From Escherichia coli (GTDB taxonomy: Bacteria; Pseudomonadota; Gammaproteobacteria; Enterobacterales; Enterobacteriaceae), in assembly GCF_003334255.1 (NCBI RefSeq), contig NZ_QOWU01000261.1: a DNA stretch of 337 nucleotides. The stretch is one strand, 5' to 3'. The position numbers and the translations under genes are program-made. Positions 1 to 337 of the stretch are shown one piece after another (the first letter of the stretch is position 1; every line of letters starts with the position of its first letter). The notes beneath the pieces were generated by a model. That model was not told the origin of the DNA. It ran no database searches and saw only the letters and a list, made by a program, of their open reading frames with translations.

Positions 1-185
1 TCAGCGACAGTCATCTGGTCATGTTCAAACCACGGTGGTTGTCCGTCATTGCCCCGCTGAAGTGTTAACGGGCATCCACAGGACACACAGCACAAAACGT
101 CCTGTCGGTTGTGCTTCGCAGCTTCTTTCGCCGTAACAAAATGGCCTTTGCTGTCATTCGCCATATAACAGTTCAGAATTCGCAT
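1..185 (-). CDS. Partial CDS (N-terminal 61 codons; 3' end lies beyond window position 1). Hypothetical Cys-rich protein, putative zinc-finger N-terminal domain, possibly CoiA-like. Translation: MRILNCYMANDSKGHFVTAKEAAKHNRQDVLCCVSCGCPLTLQRGNDGQPPWFEHDQMTVA...
   Basis: Seen in sequence: ATG at 185-183 (minus strand) sits 4 nt downstream of a perfect AGGAGG (complement of 190-195). The frame stays open for 61 codons to the window edge. Codons such as CTG, GCG, AAA, CCG and CAG are typical of enterobacterial genes (impression from memory, not computed). A CC-x2-C-x-C cluster lies at residues 32-38 (plus 72-92), followed by LxL-x2-G and a W-F-E-H-D motif at residues 52-56 (plus 18-32). Product assignment is inference from recalled family patterns. 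Confidence 0.75.
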   Translation of the reverse strand, partial: MRILNCYMANDSKGHFVTAKEAAKHNRQDVLCCVSCGCPLTLQRGNDGQPPWFEHDQMTVA

Positions 186-337
186 ATTTCCTCCTGAGTT
201 GTCCGGGGAATACTGAATCCTCCGGTCTGGCAGTGTGTGCAGTACTGCTCCCCATAATAATCGTGGTGACATTGTCTGCAGTGCCAGCTGGCTTTACGCA
301 CCACGGGTAAGGCATCCGGTACGAATTGCTGCAGACG
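173..337 (-). CDS. Partial CDS (C-terminal 54 codons plus stop; 5' end lies beyond window position 337). Hypothetical protein with a C-terminal C4 zinc-ribbon motif. Translation: ...RLQQFVPDALPVVRKASWHCRQCHHDYYGEQYCTHCQTGGFSIPRTTQEEICEF*
   Basis: Seen in sequence: the minus-strand frame beginning at 337 is open across the whole 3' part of the window and ends at TGA (complement of 173-175). Codon choice looks like genuine coding (CGT, CTG, CAG, CCG, GTG, AAA). It encodes CxxC-x9-CxxC (Cys codons at plus 278-280, 269-271, 239-241, 230-232) with flanking His residues. It overlaps the downstream start codon by 13 nt in a different frame. Confidence is reduced because no start codon is visible and the region could instead be a 5' leader. 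Confidence 0.55.
   Translation of the reverse strand, partial: RLQQFVPDALPVVRKASWHCRQCHHDYYGEQYCTHCQTGGFSIPRTTQEEICEF
190..195 (-). promoter_or_regulatory. Shine-Dalgarno / ribosome-binding site (AGGAGG) for the downstream CDS
   Basis: Seen in sequence: plus-strand cctcct at 190-195 is AGGAGG on the minus strand, a perfect anti-SD complement, followed by AAAT and then ATG. The 4-nt spacer is at the short end of the functional range. The site lies inside the coding sequence of the upstream ORF (codons Q-E-E). Confidence 0.6.

Noticed and set aside
21-68. Plus-strand ATG at 21-23 opening a 15-codon frame that ends at TAA 66-68.
   Set aside because: Too short, no Shine-Dalgarno, and antisense to the well-supported CDS.
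78-105. 7-bp inverted repeat acaggac / gtcctgt (78-84 and 99-105) that could form a hairpin.
   Set aside because: It has a 14-nt loop, no adjacent T/U tract on either strand, and lies inside the downstream CDS (the Cys-cluster codons), so it is not a convincing intrinsic terminator.
154-255. Third-frame minus-strand ORF starting at ATG 255-253 (34 codons including the stop).
   Set aside because: No ribosome-binding site, very short, and wholly nested within the two stronger ORFs.
2-307. Plus-strand open frames antisense to the two genes (frame 2 open 2-133, then 137-307 after a TAA at 134-136).
   Set aside because: Neither has an in-frame ATG with a Shine-Dalgarno (only GTG/TTG candidates, no upstream purine-rich site). 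They lie entirely opposite better-supported minus-strand ORFs, so they are most likely shadow ORFs.
71-317. 7-bp direct repeat ggcatcc at 71-77 and 311-317, and gtcatt-gcc similarity at 45-53 versus 153-162.
   Set aside because: The repeats are short, widely separated and within coding sequence, consistent with chance; they show no IS-like terminal inverted repeat or target-site-duplication structure.
64-334. Cluster of 6-bp restriction-type palindromes (GTTAAC 64-69, GAATTC 176-181, AGTACT 241-246, CTGCAG 276-281 and 329-334, CAGCTG 285-290).
   Set aside because: These are simple recognition-site palindromes that occur frequently by chance; there is no evidence of a cloning junction or vector sequence.

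Overview
This 337-bp window appears to hold two co-directional, overlapping protein-coding genes on the minus strand, both truncated by the window edges and both cysteine-rich; nothing here can be named as a specific system from sequence alone. The downstream gene starts at ATG 185-183 (minus strand) behind a canonical AGGAGG Shine-Dalgarno and runs off the left edge. Its first 61 residues read MRILNCYMANDSKGHFVTAKEAAKHNRQDVLCCVSCGCPLTLQRGNDGQPPWFEHDQMTVA, a pattern reminiscent of CoiA-like N-terminal zinc-finger domains. The upstream gene enters from the right edge and ends at TGA 175-173, overlapping the downstream start by 13 nt; its C-terminus carries a CxxC-x9-CxxC zinc-ribbon signature. 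No RNA genes, CRISPR repeats or mobile-element termini are recognisable. All calls are from manual translation; no database search or computation was possible, so product names are tentative.
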